A stretch of DNA of 48,817 bases from Acidobacteriota bacterium (GTDB lineage Bacteria > Acidobacteriota > Blastocatellia > Chloracidobacteriales > JADJPF01): positions 1 to 48,817 of the forward strand of contig JBFLVQ010000002.1 in NCBI GenBank assembly GCA_040758525.1, in the 5' to 3' direction. The first letter of the stretch is position 1. Each line of letters begins with the position of its first letter. Shown here piece after piece: positions 8,479-17,213 of this stretch. The notes beneath the pieces were generated by a model, which saw nothing but the letters and a program-made list of their open reading frames with translations, ran no database searches and was not told the origin of the DNA. The translations under genes and the position numbers were made by a program.

Positions 8479-10831
8479 GCAGGCTATCACCATTTTTGCT
8501 CACTGCCCCATTCTTGGCTGGTGCTTGTGTAGGTGTCTCAAATGATGAGCTTGATTCGCTGATTGGTAGCTCTACAATAAAGCGAGTGCCACAGGGCTGA
8601 TTATCCTCGAAACGGATCTTACCATTATGATCGGTGACAATATGGCTTACAATTGCCAGACCTAATCCAGTCCCACGTTTGCGTGTAGAGAAGTAAGGTT
8701 GAAAAAGTTTTTCTCGGTCACCTGGTGCGATACCATGGCCGCTATCGCTGACAGTAAGTTTTGCCAATTCACGATCACGCAGATATTCGGTGCTGACTGA
8801 TAAGCGCCGCTCGCTTGGGCTACCATTCATTGCTTCAACAGCATTGTCTATAAGATTGACAAGCGCACGTTTGATCTGCTCTTTATCTATATTTAATAGC
8901 GGTAGATCTTCTGAGAGACGAGTATCTATCTGCAGGTTTTCCAAGCGTTCATCATAGAGCTTGAGGGTTTCAACAACAACCTCATTGAGAGAAGCGAGGC
9001 CAGGTTGTGTCTGTGGTAGACGTGCAAAGCGTGAGAACTCTTCTACCATACGTTGCAGCGTACCTACCTCCTGTTTGATCGTGGCAGTACACTCCTCCAC
9101 CATCAAATTAAATTTTGTCTCTAGTGTACTACCTAGACGCTTAGTATTCTTAGCAATACGTTCGGCAGAAAGTTGTATAGGAGTAAGTGGATTCTTGATT
9201 TCATGCGCCATACGGCGTGCTACCTCGCTCCATACAGCACTACGCTGTGCTCGTATCAGTTCTGAGATATCTTCAATCATCATTACTGAACCACAAAAAG
9301 TACTATCGTTGTCACGTAGTGGTGTGATGGTCACAGCCGTGTGTAGTGGAGAGGGCTGACCATGAATCTGCATCTCGCGAGTAAGTTGACCTATACGACG
9401 GGCACGTCGTACCAATCGCAATATCTCAGCCTGATTGTCTGAGGGAAAAAGCTGATCGACTGGGGTACTTGCAGGCGGAATATCCTCACGACGTAGCATC
9501 GTCAGTGCTGCCTGATTAATGGTAGTAAGGCAATGGTCGCTATCAAGTGAGATGATACCGGTAGAGAGGCTATGTAGGATTGTTTCAATATAGCGACGGC
9601 GCTCTTCCAGTGCACGATTGGTTTCACGTAGTTGTTCTGCGGCAAGCTCTAGCGTATATCGGTTTGCGCTCAACTGTGAGGCCATCTGATTAAAAGATTG
9701 GATCAGGATAGCCAGTTCATCTTCTCCAGGACAACGCACACGAGTGTCGAAATCGCCACGCGCCACTGCTTGAGTGGCTTCGGCGAGTGCTTGTATTGGT
9801 ACAGTAATACCACGTGCAACATAGAGTGCAATCCAAGTGGCGGCAAAAATAAGTAGCAAGGTCATGGCGCCTAGCAGATATAGATTAGTAATCTTGATGC
9901 GTCGGGAATTGCGTGAGAGTGCATCACGGTCTTCAGCATGTTTAGCGATCTCTTGTAGTCGATCGGCAAGATTTTGAGGCAACTGTCGCACAGAATAGAT
10001 ACCACCTACTGGCTTTGCCGCTTGGAAGATAGGCAAGCCAACAACTAGGTAGATAGTTCGTTGATCAGGACCGCGTATAGAATGAGAATAAGCACGTCCA
10101 GCCGTGACATCTGCACGTGCTTCGGCCAACTCTGTCAGCATCTCAACCTTCTCGGCGCCGCTGCTAAAGATAATTCCAGTTTCACTAGTGATCTCTAAGA
10201 AGAGTAGTTGTTGATTATTATATTCACGTAACAATAGACGTTGATCTTCTTGTGTAAGGACTGGTGGCTCACTAGTGCGAGCGACTCGCCCACTCAATCC
10301 TGCTAACCGTCGTAGTGTACGGGTAGTCTTGGTAAGATCTTCTATTTCCCGATTAAGAAACTCCCTTTGGATATATTGGGCACTATTAAAGAAACTATTG
10401 GCAGGCGAGCTAAACCAGGTATCGAGACTGCTATTGAGTAGGCCATAAGCAAAGAAGAAGAGCAGTATTCCTGGCAGTAGCGAGATACCAATGGAAAAGA
10501 TCACCATTTTGGTTTTGAACTTTGAGCCCAGTCGTTGTTCTGCACGTTCACGATATAGTTTTAGCAGATTGCGTGTAAGCACTGCTAGCAGTACTAGTGA
10601 AGCAATAAAATTGAGTGAAGAGAGCGCATAGAGCAACAGTGTATCGCTAGGACGATTAGGGACGGGAATAAGCGGCTTGAAAGTGCCAAGCGAAACAGAG
10701 AGCGCAAGCAATGTGAAGGTCAAAATAGTAAGCAGAATCAGCCGATAGCGACGACTGCGGGGGCGCGCTATCAGTGACTCCTCAGACGCATGCCCGTCAT
10801 TTATGGAATCCGCACGCCTATGCTCTCCCAA
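8432..10831 (-). CDS. NtrY-like sensor histidine kinase (TM-HAMP-PAS-HisKA-HATPase)
   Basis: H-box HEIKNPLTPIQLSAERI, N box DNAVEA, G box GTGLGLAIV, a HAMP segment and a PAS segment. TTG start overlaps the upstream gene by 31 nt. Confidence 0.9.
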   Translation of the reverse strand: MGEHRRADSINDGHASEESLIARPRSRRYRLILLTILTFTLLALSVSLGTFKPLIPVPNRPSDTLLLYALSSLNFIASLVLLAVLTRNLLKLYRERAEQRLGSKFKTKMVIFSIGISLLPGILLFFFAYGLLNSSLDTWFSSPANSFFNSAQYIQREFLNREIEDLTKTTRTLRRLAGLSGRVARTSEPPVLTQEDQRLLLREYNNQQLLFLEITSETGIIFSSGAEKVEMLTELAEARADVTAGRAYSHSIRGPDQRTIYLVVGLPIFQAAKPVGGIYSVRQLPQNLADRLQEIAKHAEDRDALSRNSRRIKITNLYLLGAMTLLLIFAATWIALYVARGITVPIQALAEATQAVARGDFDTRVRCPGEDELAILIQSFNQMASQLSANRYTLELAAEQLRETNRALEERRRYIETILHSLSTGIISLDSDHCLTTINQAALTMLRREDIPPASTPVDQLFPSDNQAEILRLVRRARRIGQLTREMQIHGQPSPLHTAVTITPLRDNDSTFCGSVMMIEDISELIRAQRSAVWSEVARRMAHEIKNPLTPIQLSAERIAKNTKRLGSTLETKFNLMVEECTATIKQEVGTLQRMVEEFSRFARLPQTQPGLASLNEVVVETLKLYDERLENLQIDTRLSEDLPLLNIDKEQIKRALVNLIDNAVEAMNGSPSERRLSVSTEYLRDRELAKLTVSDSGHGIAPGDREKLFQPYFSTRKRGTGLGLAIVSHIVTDHNGKIRFEDNQPCGTRFIVELPISESSSSFETPTQAPAKNGAVSKNGDSLLNKRELENVNNPSRA

Positions 10832-11355
10832 GGTGTGTAGACCTCCCAGGGGACAATGTAAAAGATAAAATCCGACTTTAGGTGCGCACGCACCTGCAGC
10901 AGGTAATGTCCGCGTGGGGCAAGTCCAGAGCGTCCAATGACACGCAGATTATCTACTTCGGTAAGCCAGTGCTCAACATCATCAGGACGTGTAGTGATCT
11001 TGGTATCGACCATTTCACCATTAATATGACGCAACAAATGATACTGATGGGTAAGGGTATCAAGTTTAACAGAGTTGGTAATCTCCAGTTGAGCAAGTTT
11101 ATGATCGAACCAGAAACGCCGTTCCTCAATAAGCTGTACATCATAGTTGAAGCGGGTCTGCTCACCAGCATCGATCATACGCCACATTGTGATGTCCATT
11201 GCCCCACGCAATTGGTAAGAGACCAGCAACTCGCTATCTGTCAGTTTGGTTTTGATGTTATGTATAATACCGTCTGCCGCACTGTTGGTCGCCGTAATAC
11301 ATAGCAGTATGCAGACCAACAGGATGGCTGCCAAGCGCCACAAGTTTATGATCAC
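10801..11355 (-). CDS. DUF4390 domain protein, secreted/periplasmic
   Basis: Signal peptide. The DTLTHQYHLLR segment resembles the DUF4390 signature. DUF4390 is classically encoded directly upstream of ntrY. Confidence 0.6.
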   Translation of the reverse strand: MIINLWRLAAILLVCILLCITATNSAADGIIHNIKTKLTDSELLVSYQLRGAMDITMWRMIDAGEQTRFNYDVQLIEERRFWFDHKLAQLEITNSVKLDTLTHQYHLLRHINGEMVDTKITTRPDDVEHWLTEVDNLRVIGRSGLAPRGHYLLQVRAHLKSDFIFYIVPWEVYTPWESIGVRIP

Positions 11356-11399
11356 GGGATATCTCCTTCAGCAGAACGCGATTTAGAGGCCCCATTGTA

Positions 11400-12224
11400 T
11401 CAGAAACTGCTTGGATGGCCAACGTGCGCAGGGAGTTGCTTTCCCTCCCTCTCCTCACAGCCTGACTGCCCAAAGTTATCGCTATTGTTGGCAAGCAGAC
11501 GGTTGATATATGAATTAAAGGCTGAACATAACTTGGCGCGGGTACGACGTATAGTAGACTCTATACTACTTACCTTAAGGCCAAAATCCTCAATAGCAGC
11601 GATCTGTTGAGGGCTGTAGCCATCTACCACGTGCAACTTAAAGATCCGTTTATCGCGCTCTTGATTAGCGCCCATCAGCACCTCGTCAAGTAATTGCGAT
11701 AATTGGCTTATGGTAATACTGGCAAGCAAGCCTGGTTCACAATTGGTGCTTAGATAGTTGTAAGTAAGCAACCAAGCGCCGGCTCTATGTGCATCAGATT
11801 CATCGAGTAGTTGTTCAGTAGAAACCATCTGTCCCTTACGCTTGTCGGCCTGCTGTCTACGGAAATGCTCAGCAACTATGTTCATAGCAATACGTGATAG
11901 GTAAGCAAAGAACGAATTCGCGGCTGTCCCCTTAAATTTACGTAGTGCCTGCTGATCGTCTTCAAGTAATTTCAAGTAGACTTCTTGAATTAGATCTGCG
12001 AGAGTCTCTTGCGCCGTGCCGTCTGCTTCACGCAGCCAAGCATGTCTTTTCCAAGCCTTCTTGATATAAATTTTGATATAACGATCAAAGCGTTGGTAGA
12101 ACTCTTGCCAGGCTGGATGGGTAGGCGAGTTGCTGCATAGCTTTACTACTTCGATATGGGTGAGCCCATTTAATGTTACTGTCTCTCGCATTAAACTCGA
12201 TTTCGCAGGCATCGGCTCATTCAT
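11400..12224 (-). CDS. RNA polymerase sigma factor, ECF (sigma-70 group IV)-like with N- and C-terminal extensions
   Basis: Sigma2-like LADLIQEVYLKLL...FFAYLSRIAMNIVAEHFRRQ and sigma4-like RIFKLHVVDGYSPQQIAAIEDFGLKVSSIESTIRRTRAKL. SD AGGAGA lies upstream. Confidence 0.8.
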   Translation of the reverse strand: MNEPMPAKSSLMRETVTLNGLTHIEVVKLCSNSPTHPAWQEFYQRFDRYIKIYIKKAWKRHAWLREADGTAQETLADLIQEVYLKLLEDDQQALRKFKGTAANSFFAYLSRIAMNIVAEHFRRQQADKRKGQMVSTEQLLDESDAHRAGAWLLTYNYLSTNCEPGLLASITISQLSQLLDEVLMGANQERDKRIFKLHVVDGYSPQQIAAIEDFGLKVSSIESTIRRTRAKLCSAFNSYINRLLANNSDNFGQSGCEEREGKQLPAHVGHPSSF

Positions 12225-12272
12225 GACTATCTCCTAAACGTAAGTTTGATTTCATTGGTATAACAGCTAAGG

Positions 12273-12287
12273 GCAAGGACTATGCCA
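12273..12287 (-). promoter_or_regulatory. sigma-54 (-24/-12) promoter candidate for the ECF sigma/DUF4390/kinase operon
   Basis: Minus strand reads TGGCAT-AGTCC-TTGC, with GG and GC at the canonical spacing. It lies about 50 nt upstream of the ATG at 12224. Confidence 0.6.
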
Positions 12288-12334
12288 GCGCATTGATCGA
12301 TGATTTTCCTACGATTTTGCCTTAGTAAGACTAC

Positions 12335-12368
12335 GACACTGTCATAAATGGCAGAGTGACACTGTCAT
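12335..12368. promoter_or_regulatory. tandem palindromic sites (candidate activator/operator sites)
   Basis: The 11-bp direct repeat GACACTGTCAT occurs at 12335-12345 and 12358-12368. Each copy contains the palindrome GACA-C-TGTC. Centres are 23 bp apart, about 55 and 78 bp upstream of the -24 element. Confidence 0.35.
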
Positions 12369-12505
12369 CTTTGGCCTGCCAATTTTGTCAGCAGCGGATC
12401 TGTCTGTATCGGTGAGTTTACTTTCCGGTCGCGCGGGCTTGTGATATAACGTTCGACGTATTAGGGGTTAAATTAAAAGGGGTTGCTAAAGGAGGGAAGC
12501 TAATA

Positions 12506-12877
12506 ATGGATCTGCAAGAGATTCGCGAACGATTTCGTCTTGACGAATCTATGCGGGAGCGAATTGCTAGACGGGCTTTTGAGATCTATGCCAATCGTGG
12601 CTATATAGGGGGACGGGAGGCTGAAGATTGGCTGCAAGCGGAAAACGAACTATTTTCATCATACCTTGAAGACGAAAAACATCGCGAAGCAATGGAACAA
12701 GCTGCACTCGAGCCGCAGATTCCTCAAGAGGAACGTCTTTCGCCACCTGCGCCAACACCCAAAGATAGTACCAAAAAGCGTGCCCAAGGCAGTAAGACTC
12801 AAGGAGGCGCAACCAAGACGGCTAAGAAAAGCGCATCCAAGAAAGTCACTACTACGGAGCGTAAAAGTACCAGTTAA
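12506..12877 (+). CDS. DUF2934 domain protein with Lys-rich tail
   Basis: RAFEIYANRGYIGGREAEDWLQAENE matches the DUF2934 signature. SD GGAGGG lies upstream. Confidence 0.7.
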   Translation: MDLQEIRERFRLDESMRERIARRAFEIYANRGYIGGREAEDWLQAENELFSSYLEDEKHREAMEQAALEPQIPQEERLSPPAPTPKDSTKKRAQGSKTQGGATKTAKKSASKKVTTTERKSTS

Positions 12878-13006
12878 TTGAAAGTGGCGTGAGTAATTCA
12901 AATCCCAATCTTCAAAAAATTTGGCCCATCTCTTGCCCTTACTAGGCCATAATTTTGAGTTCTGGTAACAGCAGCTTGGCAGCCTTAACAAGACAATGCT
13001 AATGGA

Positions 13007-14053
13007 CTAATCTTTAGGTGCAATATAACCCTCCTTAGCATTGACTAACAGGCCTGGTCGAGTAAGTAGAACTTTGAGAGTGCGGAAGCCGCCATCTCGA
13101 CGATCATTGCTTGATATGTAAGTGATCAAATACTGGTTTTTCAGCTCTTCTGCGATCTGAACATAAGCATCTGTCAACTCTGCTGGTTTAATAGGGGAAA
13201 AGAGGCGGCCACCAGTCTTCTGGGTAAACTCTAGCATAGTCGCTTCAGCGGCTCGTAAATGACCAATAATCTCATCGACTTGGCCTTTCGTGCCAGCAAT
13301 ACGTCCTCCTAAACCGCCATATTCTCTTGTCAGTTTCTCAGCAATTGCACTTACTTTGCTGATTACATAAACGCTTGTGCCACTTCTCATAGTGGCCCAA
13401 TAAGCCTGTTCACGAGTGATCTTGCTCTGCGTGTCATCGCCATCAGTAAGTATGATCATCGCTTTGCGACCTTCTACTTGAGCCAATTTCTCTTCTCCGG
13501 CAAGGAATACTGCATCCCACAAGTGCGTGGCTTCACCAGGACGGTATCGCCAGTTAATAGCATGACGTAGATCATCGATATTTGAGGTCCAGTTTTGAAT
13601 TAGCTCTACTTTATCGGCAAACTGTATTATCGAAACCTTATCCTCTGGTCGTAGTTGTTCAACAAATTGAATTGCTGCCGCACGGATCTCTTTCATTTCG
13701 TTGAAGACACTTCCAGAAGCATCTAGTAGCAGCACTACATTGATTGGCAACTCACGCACATTGAAGCTAGTGATCTCTTGGCGTACATCATCTTCAGTAA
13801 CAATAAAGTCACGTTGAGAGAGATCCTTAGCAAGATGACCATACTGATTGCGCACTGTTACAGTAAGCAGCACCTCACTGGTCTTTACTCTTACAATAGG
13901 GTTATCTTCATTAGGCTTTTCTCCTATTGGTGGGCTAGCGCGACGGCCGCTTTGGGCCAATACTGATAGTGTGAGCAGCCCAGCAATAGTAATAAAAAGG
14001 AGTATAGGGAAAAGCTTAATTAGGTAATAGTGAGAAATAATGCGACGAATCAT
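13007..14053 (-). CDS. VWA domain protein with acidobacterial VWFA-related N-terminal domain (TIGR03436-like)
   Basis: Signal anchor, then IVRVKTSEVLLTVTVRNQYGH...DFIVTEDDVRQEI. MIDAS motif in VVLLLDASGSV. ATG at 14053 is preferred over the TTG at 14128 in the ORF track. Confidence 0.85.
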   Translation of the reverse strand: MIRRIISHYYLIKLFPILLFITIAGLLTLSVLAQSGRRASPPIGEKPNEDNPIVRVKTSEVLLTVTVRNQYGHLAKDLSQRDFIVTEDDVRQEITSFNVRELPINVVLLLDASGSVFNEMKEIRAAAIQFVEQLRPEDKVSIIQFADKVELIQNWTSNIDDLRHAINWRYRPGEATHLWDAVFLAGEEKLAQVEGRKAMIILTDGDDTQSKITREQAYWATMRSGTSVYVISKVSAIAEKLTREYGGLGGRIAGTKGQVDEIIGHLRAAEATMLEFTQKTGGRLFSPIKPAELTDAYVQIAEELKNQYLITYISSNDRRDGGFRTLKVLLTRPGLLVNAKEGYIAPKD

Positions 14054-14272
14054 AGGAGTAATATTAGACTGAAATTGCCACTGTGAAAATATCTGGGCGT
14101 ATTTGGTAGGACTATTTTGCCGGTACAACGTTGCCTATCAATCACACATCCACATATATGTATAATGGCTAAACGGAAAAATCTTTTTGCTGGTTGGTAG
14201 CTGGCAATGATATAGTTTATTGGCTACCATCAGAAGCCAACACCTTTGAATTATTACTAAGGATTGAAAAAT

Positions 14273-15529
14273 ATGAAAAACCGTTTCGTTGCTATTCTGC
14301 TCGTCTCTGTGCTTTTATTGAGCGGGGCTTTTCTTGGGGCAGGCAGCAGTAATGCTTACGCGCGCCAGAAATCAAGTAAAACCAAAGCAAAGAGTAGTGC
14401 AAAGAAACGGTCCAAAGGGCGCACCATAAGAGCTAGCGCAAAGCGACGTGGCGGCAGCAAATGGACAGCACGACGAGTCGCTGCACGCCGTCGTGCCGCT
14501 GCCTACCGACGTATTGCTCTAGCCCGTGCCCGCGCCGTGGATCAGTCGCTCTTGCATACAGTCCAAAAACATATACTAGAAGATGATCCTACTGGGGAAG
14601 ATGAGGAGATGCGCAATGTTGCTATTGAGGCACTAGGCAGCAATCCTGGCACAGTAGTGATAATGGATCCAAATAATGGCCATATCTATAGTATCGTTAA
14701 TCAACAATGGGCAATAGGCAAACCTGTCAAGCCCTGTTCTACAATTAAATTAATCACATCGATTGCCGCGCTTACAGAAGGTATTGTTGATCCTGATGTG
14801 CCGCTAGAGATCAGTGGCGGCGCCGACATTAATATGATCGATGCATTGGCTCGTTCCAATAACGAGTATTTCCAGGAATTGGGCGAACAACTAGGTTTTG
14901 AACAGGTGATCAACTATGCTCGTGAATGGGGATTAGGAGAGTTGACAGGGATTAATATGGAAGGTGAAAGCCCTGGCTATGTCCCTACCTATAAAGCGCC
15001 TCGTGCTGTACCACGTATGTGTAGTCATGGTGATGATATTGGTATAACTGCAGTGCAATTAGCTGTGCTTACGGCAGCAATCGCTAATGGTGGTTACATC
15101 TATCAACCCCAGGTACTGCGCACCGAAGAAGATGTTAATAACTTTAAGCCGATCTTGGTGCGTAAGGTCGATATTGCTGAGAAGGATCGGGAGAAGATTA
15201 TTGAGGGTATGTTGGGAGCGGTTACCTATGGCACCGCCAAACGCTCGGCCGTTGCTACCCTCAATGTTGCTGGCAAGACAGGTAGTTGCAATGGGGCAGA
15301 ATCAAAGCTGGGACTATTTGCCTCTTTCAGCAGTCCTACTAATCCTGAGTTGGTAGTAGTAGTTATTTCCACAGGCTCTATTCAGCGTGGTTCACTAACT
15401 TCAATAATGGCTGGTGAAATCTATAGTAAACTCTCACATCGCTTTGGCAAGACCGAACGGCCTAGACGTGTCACGCCTGCATCAGAGCCGATCGAACCAT
15501 CACAAAATAGTTCTAACGTTAATCAATAA
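14273..15529 (+). CDS. penicillin-binding protein, transpeptidase domain only, with polybasic N-terminal region
   Basis: SxxK (STIK), SxN (SNN) and KTG (KTGS) motifs. ATG 14273 sits 9 nt after AGGA and is preferred to the TTG at 14264. Confidence 0.8.
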   Translation: MKNRFVAILLVSVLLLSGAFLGAGSSNAYARQKSSKTKAKSSAKKRSKGRTIRASAKRRGGSKWTARRVAARRRAAAYRRIALARARAVDQSLLHTVQKHILEDDPTGEDEEMRNVAIEALGSNPGTVVIMDPNNGHIYSIVNQQWAIGKPVKPCSTIKLITSIAALTEGIVDPDVPLEISGGADINMIDALARSNNEYFQELGEQLGFEQVINYAREWGLGELTGINMEGESPGYVPTYKAPRAVPRMCSHGDDIGITAVQLAVLTAAIANGGYIYQPQVLRTEEDVNNFKPILVRKVDIAEKDREKIIEGMLGAVTYGTAKRSAVATLNVAGKTGSCNGAESKLGLFASFSSPTNPELVVVVISTGSIQRGSLTSIMAGEIYSKLSHRFGKTERPRRVTPASEPIEPSQNSSNVNQ

Positions 15530-16271
15530 AGGCAGCCGGATCGATCACACGCGCCAGCGTAAGTACACTTACGCTGGCAGCGCCAGCATTTAATAGTGTC
15601 TTAGCACAAGCTGAGAGTGTGCAACCGGTAGTAAAAAGATCGTCAATCAAAAGAATGCGTGTGCCTGCTATTAATCTGGGGCGCAGTACCTGGAAAGCAT
15701 CTACTACACTAGCACTACGATCTATTCTATCCATACCAGCACGGTGTTTAGCAGTTGGCTTGATGCGGACTAGACTATCACGATCGAGTGGGAGTTTAAC
15801 CTCTTGGGCAAGCGCGGCGGCAATTGTTTCTGCCTGATTAAAGCCTCTTTCTCGCAATCGCTGGCTATGTAGTGGTACAGGCAGGATCAATTCACTGGTA
15901 GGTAATTCGTCATCCTGCTGAAAAGTTATCTTCAACAACTCGATAAGCTGTGCGCAGATATAGGGACGATATTTAAGCTGTAAGATGATAGCACGTAGCG
16001 CGCCCTGGTAACGACCACAGGCACGTGCACGTGTGAAGGTCAAAGGACGACAACGACCACAGTCTAGCGGACGTGTTTGAGCAGAGATATATCGATAAGG
16101 ATAGCCACACCGTTGACACCCTTCTTGAGGCGAAAGCGGTACAACTTTATGCCAGCAGGTTTGGCAGACAATCCCATATGCATATGTCTCCACCAATTGG
16201 TTACAGATTCGGCAGGGGATAGGAAAGAGTGTGGCTAGAAGCGCTTCGCCTACCTGCTTGAGTAGCTGCAT
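15519..16271 (-). CDS. comF: ComF-family phosphoribosyltransferase-like protein
   Basis: N-terminal double CxxC zinc-finger region. C-terminal PRTase loop LLIDDLFTTGCT. Confidence 0.85.
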   Translation of the reverse strand: MQLLKQVGEALLATLFPIPCRICNQLVETYAYGIVCQTCWHKVVPLSPQEGCQRCGYPYRYISAQTRPLDCGRCRPLTFTRARACGRYQGALRAIILQLKYRPYICAQLIELLKITFQQDDELPTSELILPVPLHSQRLRERGFNQAETIAAALAQEVKLPLDRDSLVRIKPTAKHRAGMDRIDRSASVVDAFQVLRPRLIAGTRILLIDDLFTTGCTLSACAKTLLNAGAASVSVLTLARVIDPAAFID

Positions 16272-16294
16272 TGATCTTTCCCATCTACCATTAA

Positions 16295-16663
16295 TTACTC
16301 TTCATTCTCTTCCAGTAGGCCACGCTCTTGCAGATCCTGACAAGTAATACAGTGACGCGCCCAAGGTACAGCTTCTAGCCGCTTGGGTTGCACCTCTTTA
16401 CTGCAATGCACGCACAGCCCATAAGTGCCTTCTTCAATCCTTAGCAAGGCTTCTTCGATCAGAGTAAGCACGAAGCGATCATTAGTGCTTTGGCTGAAAA
16501 GAAGCTCTTTAGTATAAGCATTCGAAGCCTTGTCAGCCGGATCTTGTGTCAGGTCGGTATCAGCCTCGCGCCCATAGTTCTCCGTTCTTTCAACAATACC
16601 GGTCAGGGCTGTGCGTCGCTCTAGGAGCTTCGTCTCGTAGTATTTGAGTTTCTTCTTGTCCAT
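16295..16663 (-). CDS. DksA/TraR-family C4 zinc-finger protein
   Basis: Coiled-coil N-terminus. Zinc finger CVHC-x17-CITC. Confidence 0.85.
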   Translation of the reverse strand: MDKKKLKYYETKLLERRTALTGIVERTENYGREADTDLTQDPADKASNAYTKELLFSQSTNDRFVLTLIEEALLRIEEGTYGLCVHCSKEVQPKRLEAVPWARHCITCQDLQERGLLEENEE

Positions 16664-16720
16664 ACACCTTCTCCTGACTTGGATAAAATTACCGCTGCAA
16701 AAAGCACAGCCAGTCCCTCA

Positions 16721-17185
16721 TCACTTCTGATAAGGATGGCCATGAATAATTGTATAAGCGCGATAAAGCTGCTCAATAAGTAACAGTCGCGCGATCTCAT
16801 GTGTAAAGGTCAATGCGCTTAGTGACCAGAGCCTATCAGCGCTTCTTTTGACCTCTGTGGCCAGACCATAGTGGCCACCCACGACAAAGATCATCTCCCG
16901 CCGGCTGGCCAGTTGTTGTTGCTCAAGTAGACGCGCCAGTGCCAGCGAACTAAGCTGCTCCCCTTGCTCGTCGAGCATAATCTTGTAAGCTTGCGGCGAG
17001 ATTGCATTGAGGAGCAATTTAGCTTCCGCTTCCAGCACAGTAGTACGCTCTAGGGTGTGGCGCGGCTCCTTCAATTCCAGGAGATCGTACTTAGCATACT
17101 TAGCCAGGCGATGCAAATAATCATCGATAAGTTCAGCCAAGCGACGATCTTTTGTTTTACCGAACCAGAGCAACCGTAGCTTCAT
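16721..17185 (-). CDS. rlmH: 23S rRNA (pseudouridine1915-N3)-methyltransferase RlmH
   Basis: 154-aa SPOUT protein with the typical RlmH pattern (IFVVGGHYGL, THEIARLLLIEQLYRA). Conserved position next to rsfS. Confidence 0.9.
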   Translation of the reverse strand: MKLRLLWFGKTKDRRLAELIDDYLHRLAKYAKYDLLELKEPRHTLERTTVLEAEAKLLLNAISPQAYKIMLDEQGEQLSSLALARLLEQQQLASRREMIFVVGGHYGLATEVKRSADRLWSLSALTFTHEIARLLLIEQLYRAYTIIHGHPYQK

Positions 17186-17213
17186 GTTTTGTCAAAAAAC
17201 CGATCTATATAAC

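Noticed and set aside
13007-14053. The VWA protein as the TerY-like third component of a TerY-P (vWA + PP2C + kinase) defence triad.
   Set aside because: It lies more than 20 kb from the PP2C/kinase pair, on the far side of housekeeping operons. It also carries the common acidobacterial TIGR03436-type domain, so it is not plausibly part of the same system.
16696-16712. TGGCTG-N-TTTGCA on the minus strand upstream of the dksA-like gene as a third sigma-54 promoter.
   Set aside because: The GG-to-GC spacing is one nucleotide too long, and the -24 box deviates (CTG instead of CAC). It is probably chance.
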